A stretch of 64,000 nt of DNA from an uncultured Acidobacteriota bacterium (GTDB lineage: Bacteria; Actinomycetota; Acidimicrobiia; Spongiisociales; ZC4RG35). Positions within the stretch are counted from its first letter, which is position 1, and every line of letters starts with the position of its first letter. The stretch spans positions 160,001-224,000 of the forward strand of contig CAWHEU010000020.1 of the NCBI GenBank assembly GCA_963828465.1, in the 5' to 3' direction. The notes beneath the pieces are model-generated. The model had not been told where the DNA came from and did no database searches. It saw only the letters and a list, made by a program, of their open reading frames with translations. Positions 55,082-64,000 of the stretch are shown here, piece by piece. The translations under genes were made by a program, and so were the position numbers.

Positions 55082-57047
55082 TCACTCGATGCCGAGCTTC
55101 CTCAGGAATGCGGTGTTGTCGGGCTCACGACCGAGAAAAGCGCTGAGCATCTCATCGGCATCGACCGAGCCGCCCTTCTCCAACACCTCCCGCCGGTAGG
55201 CCATTCCGACCTCCGGGTTGGTGACTCCCTCTTTCTCGAACCGGGAAAACATGTCGTCTCCGAACACTTCGGACCACATGTACCCGTAATAGGCGGCGTC
55301 GTAACCACCCATGAGGTGGCCGAACGAGGCAAGGGCGAAAGTGCCCTCGTGGAATGGGATGAGGCCCAGAGTCGCCCCTTCCCGGAGGACGATGGCGAGG
55401 TCGATCTCTGCGTCGGTCCCGTGGATCGTCTGGTCCCACCACCCGTATTGGAGCTGGCGGAGCTGGTGGATGGACACATTGAGCTGGCGAGCGGCGACCA
55501 ATTGCTCGACCAGGTGATCGGGGATGGGGTCACCGGTCTGGTGGTGGCGGGCGAAACGGCTGAGAACCTCGGCGCGCCACACCCAATGCTGCATGATCTG
55601 ACTCGGCGCCTCCACGAAGTCTCTCTCCACGCTGGTCCCCGCGAACCTGGCGAGCTCGGTCCTGCCCAGGTTCTGGTGGAGGACATGGCCGAACTCGTGG
55701 AAGAGCGTTTCGACCTCGCCGTGTTGGAGCAATGATGGAGCCGAAGCGGTCGGCTTGGTGAAGTTGGCGACCATGGCGCACACCGGGTTCTGATACGAGC
55801 CGTCCTCCAGTCGTCGGCTCATGACCAATGGGAACTCGGCGGCATGGCCGTACTTGCCCTCGCGGTGGAAGAGATCGAGATAGAAATGGGCGAGCTCCTC
55901 GCCGCTCCCGGCGTCGTGGATGCCGAACAAACGCACATCGGGATGCCAGACGTCCGGATCCTGGATTTCGCGGAACTCGAGGCCGAACGTCTCCTGGACC
56001 AGGTCGAACATCCCGCCGAGCACCGAGTCGAGCGGGAAGTAGTTGGCCACCTCGAAAGGATCGACGCCGTAGTCGGTGCGACGCTGCTGGGTGTCGTAGA
56101 AACGCCAGTCCCAGGTCTGGATCTGGCTGTCGCCTGTGTCGGCTTGGAGCAGCTCACCCAAGGCCGCCAGATCGATCTCGCCTTGCTTGGTGAGCGGTGG
56201 CACGAGGTCTTCATAGAACGCCGCCACCCGCTCCGGATCCTTGGCCATCCTGTCCTCGAGCCGATGATGGGACCAACTGGGGACGCCGAACTCCTCTGCA
56301 ATCTGATAACGCAAGTTCGCGGGCCTCCTCCAGGATCTTCCGGTTGGCCTCGACTGCCTGTGTGTTGAACTTGAACGACAACTCCTCGCGCAGATCGCGG
56401 CGCGTGGCGTTCTCGATGAAGGGGATGAGATGGGGGTAGGCGAGAGTCACCTTGAGCTTGCCCGTCTCCTCGTCGGTCTCGAGCGACTCGGCGAAGCTGG
56501 GAGGCAGGCCATCCAGCTCCTCCGGGTCGACGAGGATGTGGTCCTCCCATTCGTCGATGTTCTCTTGGAAGCGGACCCCGAGCTCGACCAGGCGCTGGGT
56601 CCTCTCCTTGACCCTGGCCCTCGCCTCGGGTGAGAGCTCGTGGCCGGCATGACGCAGATCTCTGAGGGTGAACTCGACCAGACGAGCCTTCTCGCCCTCC
56701 AAGCCCTCCGCCTCATCGGTGGCGGCGTATTCCTTGATGGCTGAATTGAGGTCGTCGCGGAAGACCATCTCCACGCCGAACGTCTCCAGTTTCTCCTCGG
56801 CGGCCTTGGCCTGAGAGCGGATCTCCTTCTCGGGGTGGACATAGCCCATGAAGGCGTGGGTGGCATTGGCCTTGGAGAGCACGTCCGCGATCTGGTCGAG
56901 GGGGAGCATGGTGTTCTCGAAGGTCCGGGTCTCTTTCGGTGCGACGAGAGCCTCGAGGATCTCTTGCGCCCCCTCGAGCGCCTCGTCCATCCCCGTGCTC
57001 ACCTTGTCCGCAGTCACCTGGGAGAACCCAAAATCCAAATTCGTCAT
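55082..57047 (-). CDS. M3 family (thimet-like) oligopeptidase; frameshift at about 56314
   Basis: YLDLFHREGKYGHAA, FHEFGHVLH, DFVEAPSQ, YYGYMWS; split across ORFs 57056 and 56314. Confidence 0.9.
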
Positions 57048-57098
57048 GCCTGGCACGGTAGCGAGGAGCCCAGTACCTACTTTCTAAGGTTCGGTTCC

Positions 57099-58250
57099 AT
57101 GTGGGCTCTGAACCCATACACCCGGCATCTCAACCATGGCTCGTTTGGGGCGGTGCTAAACGAAGTGCTCGAGTTGCAGACGGAGTGGCGGCGGAGGTTC
57201 GAGGCCGATCCCAGCCGTTTTGTGTGGCGGCAGTTGCAGCCCGCCATGGACCGTTCTCGGGAGGCTGTTGGCGAATTCGTGGGGGCCGACCCAGTCGGCC
57301 TGGCACCGGTGCGGAACGCGACCACCGGGATCGCATCGGTTCTTCAATCATTCGAGCCCTTGCTCCGGCCCGGCGACCAGTTGCTGACTACAGCCCATGA
57401 CTACAACGCGGTCCGTCAGATCCTCCGCTTCACCGGCGAGCGGACTGGGGCCGACGTGGTGGTGGCCCGGGTGCCGTTTCCCATCGAAGGCCCGGATCAG
57501 GTCACCGACGCGGTCCTCGCCGCCGTGACGCCGAAGACGAAGCTGGCCGTCATCGACCATGTCACGTCGCCTTCGGCGCTGGTATTTCCAATCGAGGACA
57601 TCGTCGCTGCTCTCGAGCCCGATATCCCGGTTGTCGTCGACGGGGCGCATGGCCCGGGACAGGTGCCATTGGCGATCGATGATCTGGGCTCGTCCTGGTA
57701 CACCGGGAACCTGCACAAGTGGGCGTGCGCTCCCAAGGGGGCGGCATTCCTCCACTCGAGAGCCGACCGGATCGAGATGACGGTGCCGGCTGTCATCTCC
57801 CACGGATACAACGCCGAGGTCGAGACATCAGAGGATCGGTACCACGCGCTGTTCGATTGGCTGGGCACGGACGATTTCAGCGCCTGGGCTGTGGTGCCCG
57901 ACGCCCTGCGTCTGGTGGGCGGGTTGGAGGCGGGAGGTTGGGACGCCGTGATGAAGCGCAACCACGACCTCGTCCTCTATGGGCGGGGTCTGATTTCGGA
58001 GACGGTCGGCACTCCTTTGCCGGCGCCTGATGAGATGGTGGGTTCCATGGCCTCCGTTGTTCTGCCCGATGCCACCGGCCCGGACCCCGGTGGCGAGCTA
58101 TCCCCGATGATGGATGACCTATTCGATGCCGGCTTTTCGACCATCGTGATGAACTGGCCGCGATGGCCCAGCCAGCTGCTGCGCATCTCCGCCCATCTCC
58201 ACAACACCGCTGACGATTATTCGGCCCTGGCCGCGATGCTGCGAACCTGA
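57099..58250 (+). CDS. PLP class V enzyme (isopenicillin-N epimerase / cysteine lyase-like)
   Basis: LNHGSFGA, NATTG, DHVTS, DGAHGPG, GNLHKW. Confidence 0.88.
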   Translation: MWALNPYTRHLNHGSFGAVLNEVLELQTEWRRRFEADPSRFVWRQLQPAMDRSREAVGEFVGADPVGLAPVRNATTGIASVLQSFEPLLRPGDQLLTTAHDYNAVRQILRFTGERTGADVVVARVPFPIEGPDQVTDAVLAAVTPKTKLAVIDHVTSPSALVFPIEDIVAALEPDIPVVVDGAHGPGQVPLAIDDLGSSWYTGNLHKWACAPKGAAFLHSRADRIEMTVPAVISHGYNAEVETSEDRYHALFDWLGTDDFSAWAVVPDALRLVGGLEAGGWDAVMKRNHDLVLYGRGLISETVGTPLPAPDEMVGSMASVVLPDATGPDPGGELSPMMDDLFDAGFSTIVMNWPRWPSQLLRISAHLHNTADDYSALAAMLRT

Positions 58251-58302
58251 GGTTCCTCGGCCCGGATACGGGCTGTAGTACCTGAGGTTCGGGGTAGCCC
58301 GC

Positions 58303-59541
58303 TCAGAAGCGGGGCGGTGGGGCGAAGAGGGCCTCGGCCTGGTCAGGGGTCAGGTTCTCTGACTGGTTGAATCCGGGCCGTCCGATCGCGGCGCTGATAC
58401 CGATGGCCGGGTCGGGCAGCTCGACAGGTGAGTCGCTCCCACCGATCACCTTGACCCCCGCCTCGAGCAACGACCGGAAGGGATAGACCCGGTTCATCCG
58501 GTCATCTCCGAGGCGCTTTTCCAGCCAGTCGCCCTCCGACGCGAGGAAGGCGGGCTGGACCGAGGCGGTGACGCCGAGCCGAGCCATTCGCTCGATCGCC
58601 GCGTCGGTCAAGAGCGAGGCGTGCTCGACTCGAAGACGCTCCGGATCCGCCCCCATGTCGACCAGCTCTTCGAACACATCGAGGACTCGGTCGTTGGCCC
58701 GATCCCCGATGGCGTGGATGGCCACCGAACCTCCCAGCATCATCGAGGCCCGGGCCATGTTCAGGGCGTGCTCTGAGTCGAGTCGATCGGTGCCGCTGGT
58801 ATCGGGTCGATCGGCGAATGGCTCGTGCATCGCCGCGGTATGGCCACCGAAACTGCCATCGGCGAAGTCCTTCCAGCCGAGGAAGCGGATCCTGCCCTGT
58901 GTGTTGCGGATCTTCTCGGCGGCTTCTGCCAGCTGATGGGTGTCGGAGGCGATGACCAGGACGTCGACATCGATGGGCAGGGCAGGGGCAAGACGACACA
59001 GGGCGTCGAGCTCGTCGCGGACCCCGCACCAGAGCGGCTCGCCCACCGAGACGATCCCGGTCACGGATCCGATGCCCATTCTGGTGAGGTCGCCTAGGGC
59101 GCGCAGGATGGCCGAGTCCGGGGGTCCGGTCACCAACGGGGCGATTGCCGACGAGACGGTCTGGATCGCCGTCTCTCGAAGCACCCCGTTGGGCGCACCC
59201 GCCACGTCGCGGTCGAATGACCCACCTTCCGGATCGGTGCTGTCGCTATCGACCCCGGCGAGCGACAACGCTGCGCTGTTGGCCACCGCGATGTGACCGC
59301 AGTACCGGTAGATCAGAACGGGTCGGTCACCGATGACATCGTCCAGGTCGTCCCGGGTGGGCAGCCGCCGTTCGGCCAACCCCTCGTCGTTGAGACGTTG
59401 GCCGATCACCGGGCCTTCCACCCGGCTGGCGAATTCGCCGACCCGACGCGCCACCGTGTCCAGATCGGGGGCGTCCATCAGCTCCAAACCGGTCACGAGG
59501 GCGGCGTAACCCAGCGGATGGAAGTGGTGGTCGTGATACAT
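58303..59541 (-). CDS. Amidohydrolase_3 (YtcJ-like), compact
   Basis: DHHFH, GHIAVANS, FADGS, IHAIGDRA, RVEHAS, GSDSP; ATG overlaps the suhB stop. Confidence 0.85.
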   Translation of the reverse strand: MYHDHHFHPLGYAALVTGLELMDAPDLDTVARRVGEFASRVEGPVIGQRLNDEGLAERRLPTRDDLDDVIGDRPVLIYRYCGHIAVANSAALSLAGVDSDSTDPEGGSFDRDVAGAPNGVLRETAIQTVSSAIAPLVTGPPDSAILRALGDLTRMGIGSVTGIVSVGEPLWCGVRDELDALCRLAPALPIDVDVLVIASDTHQLAEAAEKIRNTQGRIRFLGWKDFADGSFGGHTAAMHEPFADRPDTSGTDRLDSEHALNMARASMMLGGSVAIHAIGDRANDRVLDVFEELVDMGADPERLRVEHASLLTDAAIERMARLGVTASVQPAFLASEGDWLEKRLGDDRMNRVYPFRSLLEAGVKVIGGSDSPVELPDPAIGISAAIGRPGFNQSENLTPDQAEALFAPPPRF

Positions 59542-60347
59542 CAGAGGAGATGCTCGGGCATCGAATCGTCGACGATCTGACGCAGTTCCTCGTGGATCTT
59601 CCCGTTGGTGACCACGAATGCGGACGGCTGGAGCTCGTTGGTCGATCCCTTGCTGTCCGTCGCCGATCCACCGGCCTCGGTGACCAGCAGCATCCCGGCC
59701 GCCGCGTCCCACGGCTTGACGCCGGCCGGGCCGCCATGCTCCCAGTAGCCATCGAATCGTCCACAGGCCACCCACGCCATGTCGAGGGCGGCAGCCCCCA
59801 TGCGTCTCGTGCCCCGTGATCGCGTCATCACTTGCTCCATGACGTGAAGATAGGCACGGGCATGCTCCTGCCGGTCGTAGGGGAAACCGGTGACCAGCAG
59901 GGAGTCCAGGAGTGATGCCGCTTCGGAGACGCGGATAGGCCTCCCATTCGATCGGGCTCCCTCGCCCTGGCTGGCGACGAACTCCTCATCCCGGGCGACA
60001 TCGATCACAACGCCGACCAGCGGTCTTCCCTCGTCCCAGAGGGCGACCGATACCGCGACTTGGGGGATGCGATTGACGAAATTGACCGTGCCGTCGAGCG
60101 GATCGATGATCCACACCCGGCGTCCGCGCCAGTCTGCTCCTCCCCCTTCTTCGGCCAGGATCGAGTCGTTGGGGAAATGCGATGCGATGACGCTCGTGAT
60201 GGCGTATTCCGCCTCGTGGTCGATCTCTGTGACCGGGTCCACCACTCCCTTCATCTCAGTGGTGAACTCCTCGTCGAAGCCACGGCGCACCACGCCGGCG
60301 CCGGCCCGCGCCGCACGCACCGCAACCCAAACATCACCTTCCCACAT
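59541..60347 (-). CDS. suhB: Inositol monophosphatase family
   Basis: WIIDPLDGTVNF, GAAALDMAWVACG, PWDAAAG. Confidence 0.92.
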   Translation of the reverse strand: MWEGDVWVAVRAARAGAGVVRRGFDEEFTTEMKGVVDPVTEIDHEAEYAITSVIASHFPNDSILAEEGGGADWRGRRVWIIDPLDGTVNFVNRIPQVAVSVALWDEGRPLVGVVIDVARDEEFVASQGEGARSNGRPIRVSEAASLLDSLLVTGFPYDRQEHARAYLHVMEQVMTRSRGTRRMGAAALDMAWVACGRFDGYWEHGGPAGVKPWDAAAGMLLVTEAGGSATDSKGSTNELQPSAFVVTNGKIHEELRQIVDDSMPEHLL

Positions 60348-60438
60348 GGCTTCAGGATACGGGTCGGCACACGCCGCGTTCCCGATGCAAGGCGTCACGC
60401 GGTGCAGAAAGAATCAAGCACGGCATACTCTCCCGCCG

Positions 60439-61929
60439 GTGATCGGTGGTCTTCTCGTCCTCGCCGGTGCCGTTCTATCTGCCCTGGCCTTCCCCCGGAT
60501 CGGGCCGGGCTGGCTGATCCTGCCCGGCATCGCCTTGTTCCTGGCCGGGCTGCGGATGGCGAGGAGCCGGGCTCAGGGACTCCTCTACGGGTCCCTCTAC
60601 GGGCTTGCCTTCTTCGGTGGCCTGATCTGGTGGATCGGGGAGCTGGGCCTGGTCGCGGTGGTCCCCTTGGTGGTTGCGTTTGCCGCGTTCCACGTGCTCT
60701 ACGGATGGTGGCTGTCCGGATACAACGACCGGACTCCGGGGATATGGCTGGCGTTGGCAGTCGGAGGCTGGGCCCTCATGGAGTTGATCCGGTCCTACTT
60801 CCCTTTCAACGGCTTCGAGTGGGGAGCGCCGGGGTACGCCCTCTCGGACCAGGTCTGGGCCCGGGCGTTGGCCCCTCTATACGGGACCAGCGGAATCACG
60901 GTGCTGACGGTGTTGGTCGCGGCCACCGCGGTCGCCCTCACCTTTCGCCAGCGAAAGTGGATGCTCCTCGGAGTTCCGTTGGCTGCAATCGGTGTCTTCG
61001 CGGTTTGGTCGTGGTGGCCGAGCAGCTCGACGGAGGCACTCCCTGGTGTAGACGTGGCGATCGTCCAAGGATCCACTCCATGTCCCTTCGAGCATTGCCC
61101 CCCCGACGAGCGGTTGCGCACCTTCCTCCAGCACCTCGACCTGACGAGGACCATCGAACCGGGCTCCGTGCATTTGGTTGTGTGGTCCGAGGGATCCACC
61201 GGGGGCCTGAATGCCGATCCGGTGCAGAACCCCGAGGTGGGGAACGCGATCGCCGAGGAGGCACGACGGATCGGAGCCTGGTTCCTGGTCGGTAGCGATC
61301 GCCCGCTGAGTGAGACTCAATGGGAGAACGTCAATATCGTCTTCAATCCGGAGGGGGAGATCGTGGGTGAGTACCACAAGCAGCACCCGGTTCCCTTCGG
61401 GGAGTACATCCCGTTTCGGCCGCTGTTCGACTGGATCCCCGAGCTGGACCAAGTGCCCCGGGACATGATTCCGGGCACGGGTCCGGTGGTGTTCGATACA
61501 GGTCAGCTGCGGATCGGGTCCGTGATCTCCTTCGAGGGCGGGTTCTCCCGCTATCCCCGCCAACACGCCGGAGCGGGGGCGAATCTGATCGTGGTTGCCA
61601 CCAACGAGGGCTCTTATGGGACCACCCCCGGCACGGACCAGTTCATCGGCATGACCCGGATGCGCGCTGCAGAGCTCGGTCTCGACGTGGTTCACGCCGC
61701 GGTTACCGGGAAGTCGACGTTTATCGATGCATCCGGGGCATATGGCGAAACCACCGGACTGGGTACCGAGGAGATCATCTACGGGTCGGTCGCCGGTCGC
61801 ACACCGTCCATCTACGCCCGAACCGGCGACGTCGTCATGATCGCCGCCGCCCTGGTCGGGCTCCTCACCTGGTGGCGCGCTCGGCGGCCGCTGGTAGTTT
61901 CCGCCCCCGCGATCGACGAGGAGGAGTGA
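60439..61929 (+). CDS. lnt: Apolipoprotein N-acyltransferase
   Basis: FPFNGFEWG, VVWSE, KQHPVPFGEY, ISFE, TNEG, RAAE. Confidence 0.92.
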   Translation: MIGGLLVLAGAVLSALAFPRIGPGWLILPGIALFLAGLRMARSRAQGLLYGSLYGLAFFGGLIWWIGELGLVAVVPLVVAFAAFHVLYGWWLSGYNDRTPGIWLALAVGGWALMELIRSYFPFNGFEWGAPGYALSDQVWARALAPLYGTSGITVLTVLVAATAVALTFRQRKWMLLGVPLAAIGVFAVWSWWPSSSTEALPGVDVAIVQGSTPCPFEHCPPDERLRTFLQHLDLTRTIEPGSVHLVVWSEGSTGGLNADPVQNPEVGNAIAEEARRIGAWFLVGSDRPLSETQWENVNIVFNPEGEIVGEYHKQHPVPFGEYIPFRPLFDWIPELDQVPRDMIPGTGPVVFDTGQLRIGSVISFEGGFSRYPRQHAGAGANLIVVATNEGSYGTTPGTDQFIGMTRMRAAELGLDVVHAAVTGKSTFIDASGAYGETTGLGTEEIIYGSVAGRTPSIYARTGDVVMIAAALVGLLTWWRARRPLVVSAPAIDEEE

Positions 61930-61935
61930 GAATCG

Positions 61936-63885
61936 ATGTCCCAGGCCCTGGAGAACCTGCTCACCGAAGACCGCAAGTTCGAGCCATCTCCCGAGTTCGC
62001 AGCCAAAGCAAAGGCCAAGCCGGGGATCCATGAGGATGCAGCGGACGACTATCTCGACTTCTGGCATCGCCAGGCCCTACAGCGCATCACCTGGCACAAG
62101 GAGCCGGCTCAAGTCCTGGACGACTCCAACCCGCCCTTCTTCAAATGGTTCGCCGACGGCGAGCTCAACATCTCCTTCAACTGCCTCGATCGTCATCTGG
62201 AGGAGCACGGCGACCAGGTTGCCTATCACTGGGTCGGCGAGCCCGGCGACAAACGCACGCTGACCTACCGGGACCTCCACTCAGAAGTGTGCCGTTTCGC
62301 CAACGGGCTTCTCGGCCTCGGCGTGGAGAAAGGCGACCGGGTCGCCATCTACATGGGCATGGTCCCAGAGCTCCCCATCGCCATGCTGGCCTGCGCCCGA
62401 CTCGGTCTGGTCCACTCGGTTGTGTTCGGCGGGTTCTCCTCCGACGCCCTCTCCAGCCGGATCCTCGACGCCGATGCCCGGGTGGTCATCACCCAGGACG
62501 GCGCGTGGCGTGCCGGAAACGTGGTCCAGCTCAAGGCCAACGCCGATGTGGCCCTGGCCAGCACTCCGGATGTCAGCCACGTCGTCGTCCTGAAGCGGAC
62601 CGACCACGGAATCGACATGACCGAGGGTCGGGATATGTGGTGGCACGACCTCGTCGAGGGTCAATCCGACGAGTGTGAGCCGGCGGTCCTGGGCGCAGAA
62701 GACCCGCTGTACATCCTCTACACCTCGGGCACGACCGGGCGCCCGAAGGGGATCGTGCACACTCAGGGTGGCTACCTGACCGGAATCGTCACGACCCATC
62801 ACTACATCTTCGATCTGGAGCCCGACACAGACACCTATTGGTGCGGCGCCGACATCGGGTGGGTCACCGGTCACAGCTACATCGTGTACGGCCCGCTCTC
62901 CAACCGGACCACGAGTGTCATGTACGAGGGCGCCCCCAATTTCCCTGATCTCGACCGTCTCTGGCAGATCATCGAGGAGTACGGGGTCACCATCTTCTAC
63001 ACCGCCCCAACCGCGATCCGCACGTTCATGAAATGGGGCGACGAGCACGTGACCAAGCACGATTTGAGCTCGCTGCGACTGATCGGGACTGTCGGCGAGC
63101 CGATCAACCCCGAGGCATGGATCTGGTACCAGGAGACGATTGGTGGAGGCGGATGCCCTGTGGTCGACACCTGGTGGCAAACAGAGACCGGGGCGGCCAT
63201 GATCAGCCCGCTTCCCGGTGTCGTGGCCACCAAGCCCGGGTCTGCCACAGTCCCTTTCCCGGGCATCTTCGCCGACGTGGTCGACGACGCCGGAGAGTCG
63301 GTCCCGCTCGGCGGCGGGGGCTATCTCGTCATCACCAAGCCATGGCCGGCGATGGCCCGGACGATCTACGGGGACGATCAGCGCTACGCCGACACGTACT
63401 GGTCGAGGTTTCCCGGCCTCTATTTCCCTGGAGACGGCGCCAAACGCGATCTCGACGGGTACTTCTGGCTGCTGGGACGCGTGGACGACATCATGCTGGT
63501 CTCGGGTCACAACATCTCCACGACCGAGGTCGAGTCGGCGCTGGTCTCTCATGTGTCCGTCGCCGAGGCAGCGGTGGTTGGCCGCCGTGATGAGGTCACC
63601 GGTCAGGCCATCGCCGCCTTCGTGACCCTTCGCTCCGGTGTCGAAGGAGATGAGGAGCTCCTTCAGGAGCTGCGGGACCACGTCGCCAACACATTGGGGC
63701 CGATCGCCAAGCCCAAGTCGATCGTCTTCACCGACGACCTTCCCAAGACCCGGTCGGGGAAGATCATGCGGCGCCTGCTTCAGGACATCTCAGAACAACG
63801 TCAGCTCGGCGACGTGACCACCCTGGCCAACGAGGCCGTCGTTCACGAGATCGCGGAAAAGGCAGCCGAAACGTCAGAGGACTGA
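61936..63885 (+). CDS. acs: Acetyl-CoA synthetase
   Basis: YTSGTTGRPKG, VGEPINP, DTWWQTETG, PKTRSGKIMRR. Confidence 0.97.
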   Translation: MSQALENLLTEDRKFEPSPEFAAKAKAKPGIHEDAADDYLDFWHRQALQRITWHKEPAQVLDDSNPPFFKWFADGELNISFNCLDRHLEEHGDQVAYHWVGEPGDKRTLTYRDLHSEVCRFANGLLGLGVEKGDRVAIYMGMVPELPIAMLACARLGLVHSVVFGGFSSDALSSRILDADARVVITQDGAWRAGNVVQLKANADVALASTPDVSHVVVLKRTDHGIDMTEGRDMWWHDLVEGQSDECEPAVLGAEDPLYILYTSGTTGRPKGIVHTQGGYLTGIVTTHHYIFDLEPDTDTYWCGADIGWVTGHSYIVYGPLSNRTTSVMYEGAPNFPDLDRLWQIIEEYGVTIFYTAPTAIRTFMKWGDEHVTKHDLSSLRLIGTVGEPINPEAWIWYQETIGGGGCPVVDTWWQTETGAAMISPLPGVVATKPGSATVPFPGIFADVVDDAGESVPLGGGGYLVITKPWPAMARTIYGDDQRYADTYWSRFPGLYFPGDGAKRDLDGYFWLLGRVDDIMLVSGHNISTTEVESALVSHVSVAEAAVVGRRDEVTGQAIAAFVTLRSGVEGDEELLQELRDHVANTLGPIAKPKSIVFTDDLPKTRSGKIMRRLLQDISEQRQLGDVTTLANEAVVHEIAEKAAETSED

Positions 63886-63892
63886 GGCCCGC

Positions 63893-64000
63893 TTAGGCCA
63901 GCAGCACGGTTCCGAACCAGATGGCAGCGATCAGTAGGCCGGTGGCGAGCTCGATCCCGATCGAGGTTGCAACGGCCCCCAGACTCGTCTTGGTGGCCGG
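63893..64000 (-). CDS. 3' end of a membrane protein (DUF456-like), truncated by the window edge
   Basis: PATKTSLGAVATSIGIELATGLLIAAIWFGTVLLA*. Confidence 0.55.
   Translation of the reverse strand, partial: PATKTSLGAVATSIGIELATGLLIAAIWFGTVLLA

Noticed and set aside
57099-58250. Beta-lactam or ergothioneine biosynthesis cluster
   Set aside because: Single class V enzyme with no partner pathway genes in the window
61528-61536. Lnt with Ser in place of the catalytic Cys (ISFE)
   Set aside because: Ser variants are known in actinobacterial Lnt proteins, so this is not novel
62281-63681. Long antisense or alternative-frame ORFs (also 11528-12847, 13866-15077, 35040-36290, 47497-48582)
   Set aside because: Shadow ORFs of well-supported genes, expected in high-GC DNA; no recognisable motifs

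Overview
High-GC actinobacterial chromosome segment, most consistent with Acidimicrobiia (inferred from gene order and content). It begins at the oriC-proximal jag-rsmG-parA-parB-cwlM-trxAB-sigM block. It continues through housekeeping genes (CCA enzyme, argGH, pepP, uppS, pyrE, nfo, secDF, panB, rpsF-ssb-rpsR-rplI-dnaB, ppa, kup, dcd, tRNA-Gly(CCC)). It then covers a branched-chain-type ABC transporter, an RND/TetR pair, three further ECF sigma/partner modules, cimA, and ends at lnt-acs. I found no phage, transposase, integrase or CRISPR array. Four ORFs are split by small indels, probably long-read assembly errors. The unexplained signal is mostly non-coding: (1) four heptamer-periodic inverted-repeat elements at gene junctions; (2) a 6S-like rod RNA downstream of dcd; (3) a Cys/His microprotein framed by a structured leader and a C-rich 3' hairpin; (4) a 6C-like RNA; (5) loop-complementary hairpins before dnaB; (6) an Ile leader-peptide attenuator on cimA; (7) a GNAT/HDAC pair whose starts are 18 bp apart; (8) parS overlapping the rsmG start; (9) ECF promoter motifs readable from duplicated sequences. 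All calls come from reading by eye; no database searches were run.
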